Shown piece by piece: positions 25,781 to 38,482 of a DNA stretch of 64,000 nt. The notes beneath the pieces are model-generated. The model worked only from the letters and a program-made list of their open reading frames with translations. It had not been told where the DNA came from and made no database searches. Source of the stretch: Octopus sinensis (lineage: Eukaryota); contig NC_043009.1 in the NCBI RefSeq assembly GCF_006345805.1, forward strand, positions 50,158,001-50,222,000, written 5' to 3'. The number at the start of each line of letters is the position of its first letter. Within the stretch, counting starts at the first letter, position 1. The translations under genes were made by a program, and so were the position numbers.

Positions 25781-26221
25781 TATTTAGTCCTGTTGCAAAC
25801 TAACTCTCTAATACTAACGGCATGATAGAATGTACCTATCCAAGTGGCATGAGTTAGAAAGGACTATTTAGTCCTGTTGCAAACTAACTCTCTAATACTA
25901 ACGGCATGATAGAATGTACCTATCCAAGTGGTATGAGTTAGAAAGGACTATTTAGTCCTGTTGCAAACTAACTCTCTAATACTAACGGCATGATAGAATG
26001 TACCTATCCAAGTGGTATGAGTTAGAAAGGACTATTTAGTCCTGTTGCAAACTAACTCTCTAATACTAACGGCATGATAGAATGTACCTATCCAAGTGGT
26101 ATGAGTTAGAAAGGACTATTTAGTCCTGTTGCAAACTAACTCTCTAATACTAACGGCATGATAGAATGTACCTATCCAAGTGGTATGAGTTAGAAAGGAC
26201 TATTTAGTCCTGTTGCAAACT
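25781..26221. repeat. 84-bp minisatellite, 5 full units plus 21 bp, nearly identical
   Basis: TATTTAGTCCTGTTGCAAAC at 25781, 25865, 25949, 26033, 26117 and 26201; one C/T difference seen; stops in all six frames. Confidence 0.97.
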
Positions 26222-26524
26222 GCACCCGTTCAATGCTGTAAAATTGTTGATGATATGAAAGGCATCCACCTATGGAACAAAAATAAAACAATAAAACCAT
26301 AAAAACATAATATGCACATAAACAAAGGTGGCTGGTTTTCTGTGTTGTAATATGAGCCTGATGATAAATGACTACAATGAGGTTCTATGAAGCCTGTCCA
26401 TCTCGTGGTAAAGTGACAAAATCCAAAACCTATAATAATGCCTGAATCCATGAAAACAATAATAAAAGACATTCTGGTATCTGTAAGTCTACAAGAATCA
26501 CACACACACACACAAGCTTCATAA

Positions 26525-26680
26525 CCCTCAAATAATTCCCTATTATCTTAAAACTGGACACATTGGATAATGTAGGACTAGATACAATATGACTGGATAA
26601 AAGAAAAGACAGCAGTGGCTAGAATGCCTTTCACCAAAGGTTCACTGGTTTGGGGCTGACCTGGAACTAAACAACAAGCA
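26525..26680 (+). mobile_element. Repeat family E copy
   Basis: ACACATTGGATAATGTAGGACTAGATAC..GGCTAGAATGCCTTT..GGGCTGACCTGGAACTAAACAACAA. Confidence 0.6.
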
Positions 26681-27128
26681 CATACATGCATGCATCTAAA
26701 GAAAGGCCCAAGAACCAGCGTTTTCAATTGTTGAAGCAATGCCAGGACACCCACCTATCCAAACAATTCCACAGTAACATTTGTTATCCACAACTTCGAC
26801 AAGGCTCTCTTTCTCTTCATCCCCACTTTCTCTCTCAAAACTAACTCCTTTCCATGATAAATTCAACAGTGTCCAGCTATGTGATGTATGTGTGTGTGTG
26901 TGTTTCCATTCACATACGGTACCTGCATTTAGTCACATATATATACATGCAAGAGTTTAATTCTTCTGTTTGGGTGAACATTTGTGTGTGTTGGCAAATG
27001 AACAAATATTTCTGCTTCAATAATTGAATGAACGCTTAAAACTAACAGTGTATGTATATATACTCACACACATGTGCACATATATACACACACATACAAA
27101 CACATACAAACACATATCAATATATATA

Positions 27129-27191
<63 letters not shown>

Positions 27192-27505
27192 TATAAATAC
27201 ATATATATACATATAGGCACAATATATAGTCTCACTCCCCCAAATAGAAACAACACCACATGTGACTCTGTGAGCTGTTGATGCATGCATGCCAGCCAGC
27301 AACCATGGAGAGTTATCAAAGTTCGGGGAGGGGCAAGGTAAGGGGTGACAGTGTTGATGAAAATAATGAGCCGATGAGATGAAGTTAAGCCAATAGTGTG
27401 GATGAGGATGATGATGACGATGATGGTAGTAGTGGTAATAATAGTAGTGGAACTGTTGATGTAGGGGTGGGTGGATGTAAGGAGTGATGCTTTCAACAGG
27501 CAAGA

Positions 27506-27578
27506 ATTATTATTATCATTATTATATTATTATTATTATTATTATCATCATTATTATATTATTATTATTATTATTATT

Positions 27579-27615
<37 letters not shown>

Positions 27616-27756
27616 CATTATTATTATATTATTATTATTATTATATTATTATTATTATTATCATTATTATTATTATTATATTATTATATTATTATTATTA
27701 TCATTATTATTATTATATCATTATTATTATTATTATCATTATTATTATTATTATTA

Positions 27757-27823
<67 letters not shown>

Positions 27824-27873
27824 TATCATTATTATATTATTATTATATTATTATTATCATTATTATATTATTA

Positions 27874-27938
<65 letters not shown>

Positions 27939-27991
27939 CATTATTATATTATTATATTATTATTATTATTATCATTATTATTATTATTATT

Positions 27992-28022
<31 letters not shown>

Positions 28023-28088
28023 TATCATTATTATTATTATATATTATTATTATCATTATTTTATTATTATTATATTATTATTATTATT

Positions 28089-28119
<31 letters not shown>

Positions 28120-28168
28120 TATATTATTATATTATTATTATTATTATTATTATTATATTATTATTATT
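27506..28168. repeat. ~660-bp (ATT)n/(ATC) microsatellite with frame-shifting interruptions
   Basis: Directly visible; source of the poly-I/L/Y ORFs 27471-28181 and 27484-28227. Confidence 0.97.
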
Positions 28169-28326
28169 CTTGCATGATTGATTGTTTGTTTTTTTTTTTT
28201 CTTCAGAGCTTTGCTTGTTGTAGGTAAAAAGAGGTGAGTCATATTTCTCTATTTGTTCTCACATGCTCTTGAGAATGTGCCCTTCTGTTTCCAACTTGCT
28301 GTGTGTTTGTGCATGTGTGGTGTGTT

Positions 28327-28357
<31 letters not shown>

Positions 28358-28480
28358 ATTCAAGCTACAACAACAAGAATTATCCATATATAAATGATAG
28401 TGATTCAGTGTCGCAATGGCCCCAACTCTGTTGCTTCTCTCTCTCTTTCTCGCTCTCTTTCTTTCTCTCTTTCACACACA

Positions 28481-28526
<46 letters not shown>

Positions 28527-29546
28527 CATCCATTTCCTCCCTTTTTCCCCCTAGAGCCTTTTTCACAAATCTTTCTGAATAGCTTCGTACAGCAACAACA
28601 TCCAACATCGACAGCAACAATAAACCAACCAACAATTCATTACTTCAGCTCAGCTAGCCTGCTCTCTGTATGTCTGTTTGCCTGTCTTCTGTCAACCAGG
28701 TCTCAGTGGGTGGGTAAGACAGGAAATTTCAGTAACTATGTAGTAAAAATGGATCAGGTTTCATTCCCTCTGAAAAGCAGCATGTTAGCAGAGCTTAGCA
28801 GCTCATTGTTGTTCGATGCAGACATTACTTGCAATGAACAAGCCTGTTGATTTTGGGGTGAGCATTAGATATTAAGTCATGATAAGAAAGAGCGAAAGAG
28901 AGAGAGGAAGAAGAATTAAAGAAACTACATCGCGAGTACATTATTCCTTTCAGGATAAATTTCACATTAACTGCACAGTAAGATGACACAACACAATAAT
29001 TACATTTTCAAAATTATATTTACAAAACATTCACACATACATACATATGCATACACACTTACATACATACTTACAAAGGTTTACGTATGTATATGCAATT
29101 ACGTCTTTCCTCCTGGAAAAATTTTTGAGAAATGTGAAATTTTAAACTAATTTCATATATATATGTAAATACATATATATATAATTTTGTAAAATTTTTC
29201 AACACAAGATTCTTTCCAATTTGCTACTAATGGAGTCATAGTAGCCATTATGATGATAGGAATAAAATTAAAATATTTATTTGGAATCAGATATATCTTA
29301 AAGAGGCTTTGACAGTTGTGTGTGAGCATGCGTCTTTCAGTCAAAAAACAACTTACATTTAATTCTTGTGTATTTGTGTATGTGTGCATGTGAGAGTTTA
29401 TGCATCTATATGCGTGAATGTGTGTGTATACAATACACACACAGAGGAAAGTGTAATACATACCTGCCAGTATATGTATAACTGCAAGCCTGTATGATAT
29501 ACATGTAGCTCTAAAGAGTTATTTGTAGTTTAAATATTCATCACAG

Positions 29547-29581
<35 letters not shown>

Positions 29582-29585
29582 ATAT

Positions 29586-29722
29586 TCGGTATGTGGTAAG
29601 GCAACTCGTTGCTAAACCCTTATTGCTTGTATTACTTAAATTTTCCTCGAATGAGGCTTTTACATGCCGAAGACTACTTGGTGTAATTGATAATTTTTCC
29701 AAATTAATTAATTTCACCCTTC

Positions 29723-29726
<4 letters not shown>
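29586..29726 (+). mobile_element. Short CpG-retaining unique insert between (TA)n arrays, possibly a Penelope-like end
   Basis: (TA)n on both sides; CTCGAATGA-GGC(TTTTACAT)GCC-GAA resembles a hammerhead layout but the core is non-canonical. Confidence 0.4.
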
Positions 29727-29767
<41 letters not shown>

Positions 29768-29781
29768 GTATATATATATAT

Positions 29782-29849
<68 letters not shown>

Positions 29850-30548
29850 TGTATGTATGTATGTATGTATGTATGTATGTATGAATGTGTGTGTGTGTAT
29901 ATATATATACACACACATACACACACACACATATACATGTTACATACAGATATATAGGTGTATATTATCAGTAATTTTTGTATGTGTATATATATATAAT
30001 TTTGGTATACATATAAAGAACAAGAATTATCATAATAAATCAGAATTTCCCTTTGAACTATTCCAAAATGCCTAGCAGGTGAACTGTGGCATGGTTTTCT
30101 TTTGTTAATTTGGATATTCACTGGTTTTTATTCCATTTCCATTTTATCATTATTACTGTTATTATTATTATTTTGTCTCTTTTCCATACACAAATGTGAA
30201 TTCATTTGATTCCCTTCATTGATTGCTTGAGAATCATTTTTAAGATGTCGAAACTCAGTCACAATTTGTGGAGTTTTCAGCTTTAAGTAAGTAAATGTTA
30301 TATATGACTCCATTGTATTGAGTTATTTTGTCTTTCAATTGTTTTGCACTGTTACGTAGTTCCCTCTTATACATATGCGACTGCGAATGTGAATGAATCT
30401 ATGTTTAGTTATATGAATCATATATTGAGAAACAAAATTATCAATACATAAATAGATATATGTACTTATAACAAGCATTTATAAATAAACATTATGCGTT
30501 ATGTGAAACATACACACTCATATATATATACATAATTATATATATATA

Positions 30549-30590
<42 letters not shown>

Positions 30591-30630
30591 TGTTGTATAT
30601 GTATATGTGTATATTATGTATATATATATA

Positions 30631-30680
<50 letters not shown>

Positions 30681-31423
30681 AATGTATGTGCTCAAGTATG
30701 TATATATTTTGTACACACATACATATGTGTGAATATATATTATCAAAAATATCACCGTAAATGTGCAGTTTTCTGTAGAATACTAATGTAATATTTGTGT
30801 ATGCAAATATTCATATGTACATATGGAGGTCTATCTGTGTATGCAAGAGTGTGTATGCAAGTGTAATATACACAGAAATACATATATGTATGTGCCTAAC
30901 TTATATTTAAATAAGTATCAGATATATATTTGAAAGCTCCTCTATGTATATATCTGTATATTGTGTACATGTATATATTTGTATATGTGTGAGCACATAT
31001 ATACCCATATGCATGCAACTATGTTGCAGGTGTATATCTGAGTGTGTGTGTATGTGTCTGTGTGTGTGTGCATGCGTGTACGTTTGCGTGCCTGTGTATT
31101 TAGCCAGAGTAATTTGATATGGAATCTCCTAATTATTATTGATTATTTAAAACACAGCAGGGGAAAGATTACCATTCACAAAATATCTATGTCAAGAAGT
31201 AGGGCGGGGAAATGGAACAAAAGGAAAACAGTAAATCTCTGTCAATAGGAATCACAAGAAATGTAAGTTGGTGTTGTTCTACAGGGGTGAAACACTGGTT
31301 GTACAGCTTCTTCAAGAAATTTCATTCCACCAATAGCAGCATGTTGTTTACCAAATTTCATCCATTCATTTATCCATCCATCCATCCGTCTGTTCATCCA
31401 TCTATCTCTCTCTCTCTCTTTTA

Positions 31424-32092
31424 ACTCTTTTACTTGTTTCAGTCATTTGACTGCGGCCATGCTGGAGCACTGCCTTTAGTCGAGCAAATCAACCCCGGGA
31501 CTTATTCTTTGGAAACCCAATACTTATTCTATTGGTCTCTTTTGCCGAACCGCTAAGTTACAGGGACGTAAACACACCAGCATCGGTTGTCAAGCAATGC
31601 TAGGGGGACAAACACAGACACACAAACACACACATATATATTATATATACATATACACATATATATATATATACAAAGGCGGCGAGCTGGTAGAAACGTT
31701 AGCACGCCGGGCGAAATTTGTAGTCGTATTTCGTCTGTCGTTACGTTCCGAGTTCAAATTCCGCCGAGGTCGACTTTGCCTTTCATCCTTTCGGGGTCGA
31801 TAAATTAAGTACCAGTTACGCACTGGGGTCGATGTAGTCGACTTAATCCCTTTGTCTGTCCTTGTTTGTCCCCTCTGTGTTTAGCCCCTTGTGGGCAGTA
31901 AAGAAATATATATATATATACATATATACAACAGGCTTCTTTTCAGTTTCCGTCTACCAAATCCACTCACAGGGCATTGGTCGGCCCGGGGCTATAGCAG
32001 AAGACACATGCCCAAGATGCCACGCAGTGGGACTGAACCCGGAACCATGTGGTTGGTTAGCAAGCTACTTACCACACAGCCACTCCTGCACC
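31424..32092 (-). mobile_element. SINE family A, full length, interrupted by SINE B
   Basis: Tail at 31424-31672 and head at 31908-32092 both match the reverse complement of 322-731. Confidence 0.92.
31676..31907 (+). mobile_element. Young full-length tRNA-derived SINE family B (possibly OR1/Meta-domain type)
   Basis: A-box-like GAGCTGGTAG, B-box GAGTTCAAATTCC, GCCTTTCATCCTTTCGGGGTCGATAAA..AGTACCAG; CpGs intact. Family name is from memory. Confidence 0.88.
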
Positions 32093-32521
32093 TATCTATC
32101 TTGCATCAACAATTTTCTGCTGTTTTACACCTTTCCAGGCATCTTTTGCAACACTATTATAAACTCATTGAGGCTGAAAGATGGTGGCAGCCAAGGGTGG
32201 ACTTGTGCATGGTTTGTTATTCCTTAGTACATGTACTGCATTTTCTGTTGATGCTCTCATTCATTAATTACAAGCCACCCTCATCAACAAAACCTATCGT
32301 CAAATGTATTCCATCCATGACCATACTGTCTTTTTTTGTATACAATGTCCAATGTGTCCTTCCATTTTGTTTTTGCTTGTTTTTTCTAAGAAGAGTAGTA
32401 GGTGGCATTTTGGAAGAGATGTGGCTGGTAATTCTAGCAGGTTATGCACCCATTTAGAGGCTACATCACTGGCTCATTCTGGGGAAAGGTCACATGGCTT
32501 CAGTAGCTGAAAGTTGTTTAA

Positions 32522-32740
32522 CCCTTTAGTGTTCTGATTGTTCTATCAAACATAATGTTTATTGATTCACACTGATTTGAATTAATAATGCATTATCTCA
32601 TATCTTCAAGATCTTGATGGTGTAATTACCTAATGTAGAATAACATTGTAGGGTAGGTGTGAGAGCCTGGATCTGGTCAGTTTGAACATAAAACAGATTA
32701 AATATTTTGGCCAGATATGGCCGGTTTAAATACTAAAGAG
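32522..32740. mobile_element. piggyBac-like MITE
   Basis: TTAA at 32518-21 and 32741-44; ends CCCTTTAG...CTAAAGAG (imperfect TIR). Confidence 0.8.
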
Positions 32741-33094
32741 TTAAACCATGACAATTGCCACCTGCTTCCAATTTGATTCTGAACCTGTGAGTAGTCTTTC
32801 CACTGACATGACATCTAAAATTGTGAAACTGGTCCCCTTGCAGCTGGGTGTAAGTTGCTTTCTTATCAGATAGTAAGGGACATAGCTCTCTATCAAGAAA
32901 AATACAAAAATAACCCTGCTGGATATGTTAGTCATTTTACTAAGTGGATTAGTGCTGCAGGGGAGAAAAAACTTTGGCTACTCTTGATAACCAACTGCAG
33001 TTGGAGATTTATTATCTTTCTCTGAATTAAACCACAATACTACTACTGTCACCATTGCCACCAGCACCACCAGTTGCCATATTAGTACCTGCAA

Positions 33095-33287
33095 AGTCTC
33101 TATCTGGTTATTCAATCTGCTAGAAATAGCAGTCAAATTTCTGTTAGACCACACCTAACAATCTTAAAAAAGGAAGAACCCATTTGATAACAGTCTTACA
33201 TACCCATAAAAGACAGGATAGTCAACATTTGAATGTCCCTGATTATAAAACTGCTTGATTAGGACTTACCTGGTACTAAACAAGAAC
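33095..33287 (+). mobile_element. Repeat family E copy
   Basis: TTCAATCTGCTAGAAATAGCAGTCAAAT..AAAAGACAGGATAGTC..CTAAACAAGAAC. Confidence 0.65.
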
Positions 33288-33364
33288 AGCATAGTCACTA
33301 AAACTGCCAGGATATCTAGTACCTTAATAGCACACCACCACCAACACCATCACCACACTATTAT

Positions 33365-33590
33365 TACCAACAGATGTGTTGGATTGTTACAGTGTTGACT
33401 AAAATGCCTTGTGCATTTATTCCATCTCTTATGTTATGAGTTCAAATCCTGCTGAGGTAGAATTTACCTTTTATCCTGAGTGAATGAAACAAAAAGAAAA
33501 AAAAAACAGTCATGTTCTGGGGATTGATTGTTTCTACTAAACCTCACCCCCACCCACCAATTATTTGTCACTTGTTGCCAACATCACTTC
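33365..33590 (+). mobile_element. Decayed SINE B
   Basis: GAGTTCAAATCCTGCTGAGGTAGAATTTACCTTTTATCC. Confidence 0.6.
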
Positions 33591-35538
33591 TATTATAATT
33601 AGAGCACTGTCTCCGATCAAGCTTTGATTCACAGTTATAGATATTCTACACCTACTGACAATGTGAAAATATCCTTCAGAAATGCATGGAAGTCACATTC
33701 TCATTTTGCCTCCCTGATGAATCTGAGGTCTCACACCTGTATAAATACAGAATCGATATTAGATAGAATAAACTTCAAGGTGAAGACTCTTGTCAGAATT
33801 TCATAGATTTTTTTTGGTCTTTTCTGCCAAAGTTAATTTAATTAGTTTTTAATCTTAATTTAGATTTTCTGTTTCCTTTTTATTTTTCTCTTTGAACTCT
33901 ACTAATTGTACAATACCATGATATTATTAATTAATGTATTAAAAACAAATGTATATATTATATATTTTCCAATGGAAATAGTTCTGACAGCAGCAAAATA
34001 TGTTTTCACAATAAAGCAATACATATTTATATAAATACACACAAAATGGGGTTCCTTTTAGTTTTGAAGACACTGGTAGAAAACTAAACAATATCTTTTT
34101 ATCCCCAGCTAATATTTTTTTATTTCCTTTTCTTTTCTTTTTTTCAGAAGATATCATTAATTTCCCGTTATGTGAATTATTCTGTTAAACCACTCAGCAA
34201 GATTATTCCATAAATTCCTCCTCACACAGCTGGGCTAAATCAGGACTTAATGGAGCATCTAATTCCTGGACTTGCTCTTCTTTTGGTATAATCCAAGAAA
34301 ATCCTACTCTTCATTTTTAAATTGCAATATATAACATGCGATGAGAAAGCTAAGATTTTCACTGAAAGCCAAACAACTATTTTGTGTCTTTAAAAAAGGA
34401 AAAAAATAATAATAACAACATGCATCATTCCAGTTATGACCTTTCCAAGATTTGGACATGTATTTCTTTTATAGACACAAACTGTACAACAAGAAAGAAA
34501 GAAAATAACAAGAAATCCCTAAAGAGTCCCAAAAAACAAAAACAAAAAAAAGGGAGAAGAAGAATGCTAGCAGATATCTTAATCAATAAAGCTATATAAC
34601 AAAGACAAGGAGGAGGTGTTGTAGAACCTCAGTCATTCTCATCCAACACCATAATACTGTTTGGTTATATCAAACAGTGAGTACACTACTATAAAAAGAA
34701 AATAAAGAAGAATCACACATATGCTGATTATTATGATGATCTCACAAACTTACACAACATTCACACACACACACATACATACGTACGTACACAATCAAAT
34801 CAATACAGAATACGAAATGCCAAAGATTAATGCAGTCTTTATCAACTGGGGACAATTAAACATTGTCAGAGGTCGTCTACAGCAAAGCTCAGCACTTGTT
34901 TGATATAATCAATAATAAATCAGAGTATTGGTAAAATAATACAGAACACATTAAAAATCAGTTATCTGGTCGGCTAGCTAATATGGTGCATCAAGCTGAA
35001 CAGAGACAGGATGTCTTTGCATCAATGCTGCTGTTACTGGAGATGAGTGCCACTGATGGAAAGAGAGGCCACACAAGTAATAATGGATTCTACACAGAGA
35101 TCAACTGAAAGCAAACGCAGAGAGAAAAGTGCGTGCATGTGAGTGCATATGCTGCAGTAAAATGAGCGGAAAAATCTCTTAGCATTGATAACCAGTGTGC
35201 CCAGCTGATGTATATGCAAGACTCCTTATGTGGACGATGCTGTTAATGATTGCGTATTGTGTGCATATGTGCATAAAGCAGCATGCATTTGTTGATAACC
35301 AGCAAGTAGGTTGGTGTATTTATTTTGCTATTGATAGCTTTTCAAGTGTGTGTTAGTGTACATGTGCACGTATGTATGTGCAAATGAAAAATGCACAGAT
35401 GAGTTAGGGCGTACATTTGTCTTGCTTATTTTGGCAGCAGATATGTGTAAGTACATGTAGCAGTAAGACACGGAATAGAGAAAATGAAGGAGCAGAGGAC
35501 AAATTATTATGCGGATGTATTTGTGTACTTGTATATGC

Positions 35539-35602
<64 letters not shown>

Positions 35603-35651
35603 TATATATATAAATATATGCATATATATATGCATATATATATGCATATAT

Positions 35652-35700
35652 ATCATCATCACCGTTTAACGTCTGCCTTCCATTCTAGCATGGGTGGGAC
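35652..35700 (-). mobile_element. ~48-bp RTE tail inserted in a TA/CA microsatellite
   Basis: ATCATCATCACCGTTTAACGTCTGCCTTCCATTCTAGCATGGGTGGGAC. Confidence 0.75.
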
Positions 35701-37222
35701 ATATATTTACACATACACACACACACACATACACATACATTTATACACATACACATATATACATACATACATATATATATATATATGCATACATATACAT
35801 GTTTGCATGTGTGTATATATGTATTTAGACATATGTATTTATATATATGTGTATATATATATATATAATATATATATAATATATATATATAAATATACGG
35901 GTGTATTCATATATGTGTGCATGGGTATACTTGTGTGTATACACACACTCATATGCGTGCAATGTAAATATACACACACACACACACATGCATACGTGTA
36001 ATATGTATTTATATGTATCCATTCAAACACACACTCTTCTGAATATTTATACACCCATGCAAACACACATATGCACACATGCATGTGTGTGTGTGTAAAA
36101 TGTATATTTATATGAAAAGAAAATATGTGTGGGGCAGAGAGAAGGAGAGGAAAGGAAGGATATTTAGCACACACTAATACCCAAGAGATATTTGTATGAG
36201 AAATGAGTGTGAAAGATTCAGATACACTTAGGGGGATACAACAGCCCTAACCTGCCACAACTATGAATCCAAAAGGTTAGCCATCATAGATGGCAGCACA
36301 GCTGTAAGTAACAAGTAGCTAGCATACATTAATGCATATGCATTAACAATGCATTATCTAGAAGAACACCAACGTCCAGCCTAGCTATGACAAACAGCTC
36401 TCCGATGTGCAGATATCAATACATATCGTGTACAGTGAGCCTTCGTCAGAAGCAAACATAACAGATGACAAGATGTCACACATATTTCATCCAAGGAAGA
36501 TGTCAAAAAGGTATTTTTACCTTTTTTTGCTTCTTTCTTCCTTTTTTTCTTTCAGAAAATATGAACATTAACTCTTTGTCACCATATCCCAAATCAATAT
36601 AAGTTAACAGGTTCACACCTAAATGTATTTTCTTTCCCCTTTTTTATCATCTCTATCATTTGTATACATATGTATTTTAGCATGTATGTGTGTATGTGTC
36701 TGTACTTGCATGCATGTATGTATGTGTCTGTATTTGTATGTATGTATGTATGTGCTTTCATGTGCAGAAATGGAGCTTAGTCAGATGTTTTATAAATGAA
36801 AAAGAATTGACATGCTTAGAATTTACTAACATCTATTGGTCTCCAAATGGATTACAGGAGATTTTTTTCTCTGGCAAAAAAAGGAGGGAAAAAGTTGCAT
36901 TTACTGAAGATATTTTATGTAAAGATAGTAAAAATGAATAAATATTAATAATAAAAAATATGAAATAAAATAATAGATGATTTTCTTTTGCATGTAATGC
37001 ATAGTGTAAGAGTTTATGCAAGATGTATCTAGAGTCAAGCCTACAAGCCCAGCACATCATTGCTGTGATATGTTGATAGAATGAACACTATCATGCTATT
37101 TGTACATTTGAAATACACTTCAGAGATACTATCAGGAAATAAAATGGTGCTTTGTAACCATTATATGAACAAAATCTCTCTCTCTGAGCACATGTGAGTG
37201 CAGACATATATAAGTATGTATA

Positions 37223-37263
<41 letters not shown>

Positions 37264-37271
37264 TATATATA

Positions 37272-37430
37272 TTTCTCTCCTTGTTTCTTTTCTGTGTATC
37301 TTTCTGTCGAAGAGCGTAGGCTCGAAACATAAAAGACTTGTTTTATTTATATTCCTGAGCGCCATACTAATACATTATTTGTTTGTACTCCACCTGCCTT
37401 TGTCTTTTGTTTATTTTCGTAAACCTTCCG

Positions 37431-37432
<2 letters not shown>
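37272..37432 (+). mobile_element. Short (TA)n-embedded Penelope-like or retrozyme-like element
   Basis: (TA)n on both sides; homologous to 46303-46490(-) around the hammerhead core and in TTCCTGAGCG..CCA..TA. Confidence 0.7.
37299..37336 (+). ncRNA. Degenerate minimal type-I hammerhead ribozyme motif
   Basis: TCTTT-CTGTCGA-A-GAGC(GTAG)GCTC-GAA-ACAT-A-AAAGA: 5-bp stem I, 4-bp stem II; core A6>U and ACGT>ACAT changes. Confidence 0.65.
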
Positions 37433-37470
<38 letters not shown>

Positions 37471-37609
37471 TATGTATATACATAAATGTGTGTGTGTGTG
37501 TATGTATACACAAACTTATATACATGTATGTATTTATATGATGTAAAACAGAATCCAAGGAGACAGGTAGTGATCTGCATCAGCTAGACTTGTATTATTT
37601 ATAAGTGCA

Positions 37610-38260
37610 CATCATCATTTTACATCCGCTTTCCATGCTGGCATGGGTTGGAGAGTTTGACAAGATCTAGTGGGTCAGAAGAATGCATCTTGCTAATCAG
37701 GTCACTGAAGTAAGAAAAGCAATCAACTATTTCTCAAGAGTCATCTGGATATTTGACAGCATCTATTTCTTGAGTGTCCTTATTACTTATTGCTCAGGTG
37801 CACCTCCTGATAGTGTGCCTGTAATACCACACCATTCCTAGGCGTTTACACTAGGCACACACAGAATTTTGACTAATGCCTTTCTTGCAAATAGAGTACC
37901 TTAGGCAATAAGGGTTTTGTCTTCCTTCCTACTTGGAGAAATTTTTTTGTTTTTGTTAAGTTTATTTCAAGGTTCTTCAGTTACAGGTCTTGCACTCATG
38001 TTTGGAACTTCTTATTTCATTCCTTTACAGATCCTGCAATACAAACTGAGTTGTCAGCATACAGGAGTTCCCAGGGCAGCCAAGCTTGAATTCCTCTGAT
38101 ATGACTTAGAATACTATAAAAAATAGAAGAGAGCTGAAAAAAGAGTTTTGATGTATCCCTACTTGTATGCTAAATTCATCACATAATTTATTGCTGACTT
38201 TTATGCCTCACTGACTGCTCTTTGGTGCAAAGTTAGTATGGCTATTCATCTACTCTTAGT
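37610..38260 (-). mobile_element. Decayed RTE LINE 3' part
   Basis: (CAT)n tail at 37610; minus-strand WELLYADN around 38050-38073, homologous to 62579-62602. Confidence 0.75.
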
Positions 38261-38268
38261 ATCCTTAA

Positions 38269-38482
38269 CCCTTTTGACACCAACCAGGCTGAAACCAGCT
38301 CTGTAGCACAAATGTCTTTTCATTAGTTTTGAATAAAAAATCTTCCACCAAACCTTAGTCACAATTTATATTCCTAACACTAGCTTAATGGTAACTAAAT
38401 TATTTTACTAAAAACTTTGTTATATGTAAAATTAATTGAAAGAAACACAGAGCATCTCAAAATAAATACAGTAACGAAAGGG
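38269..38482. mobile_element. piggyBac-like MITE, second family
   Basis: TTAA at 38265-68 and 38483-86; ends CCCTTTTG...CGAAAGGG. Confidence 0.8.

Noticed and set aside
25781-26221. 84-bp array as a CRISPR array or a coding repeat
   Set aside because: No variable spacers, no cas genes, eukaryotic context, stops in all six frames.
28416-28850. 144-aa ORF with a signal-peptide-like start
   Set aside because: The hydrophobic N-terminus is a (CT)n translation; the rest has no recognisable domain.
34170-34290. Protein-like minus-strand stretch EEQVQELDAPLSPDLAQLCEEEFME*
   Set aside because: Bounded by stops with no credible acceptor or start codon.
36410-36455. Minus-strand CTGACGAAG as another hammerhead
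   Set aside because: No stem II and no GAAA follow.
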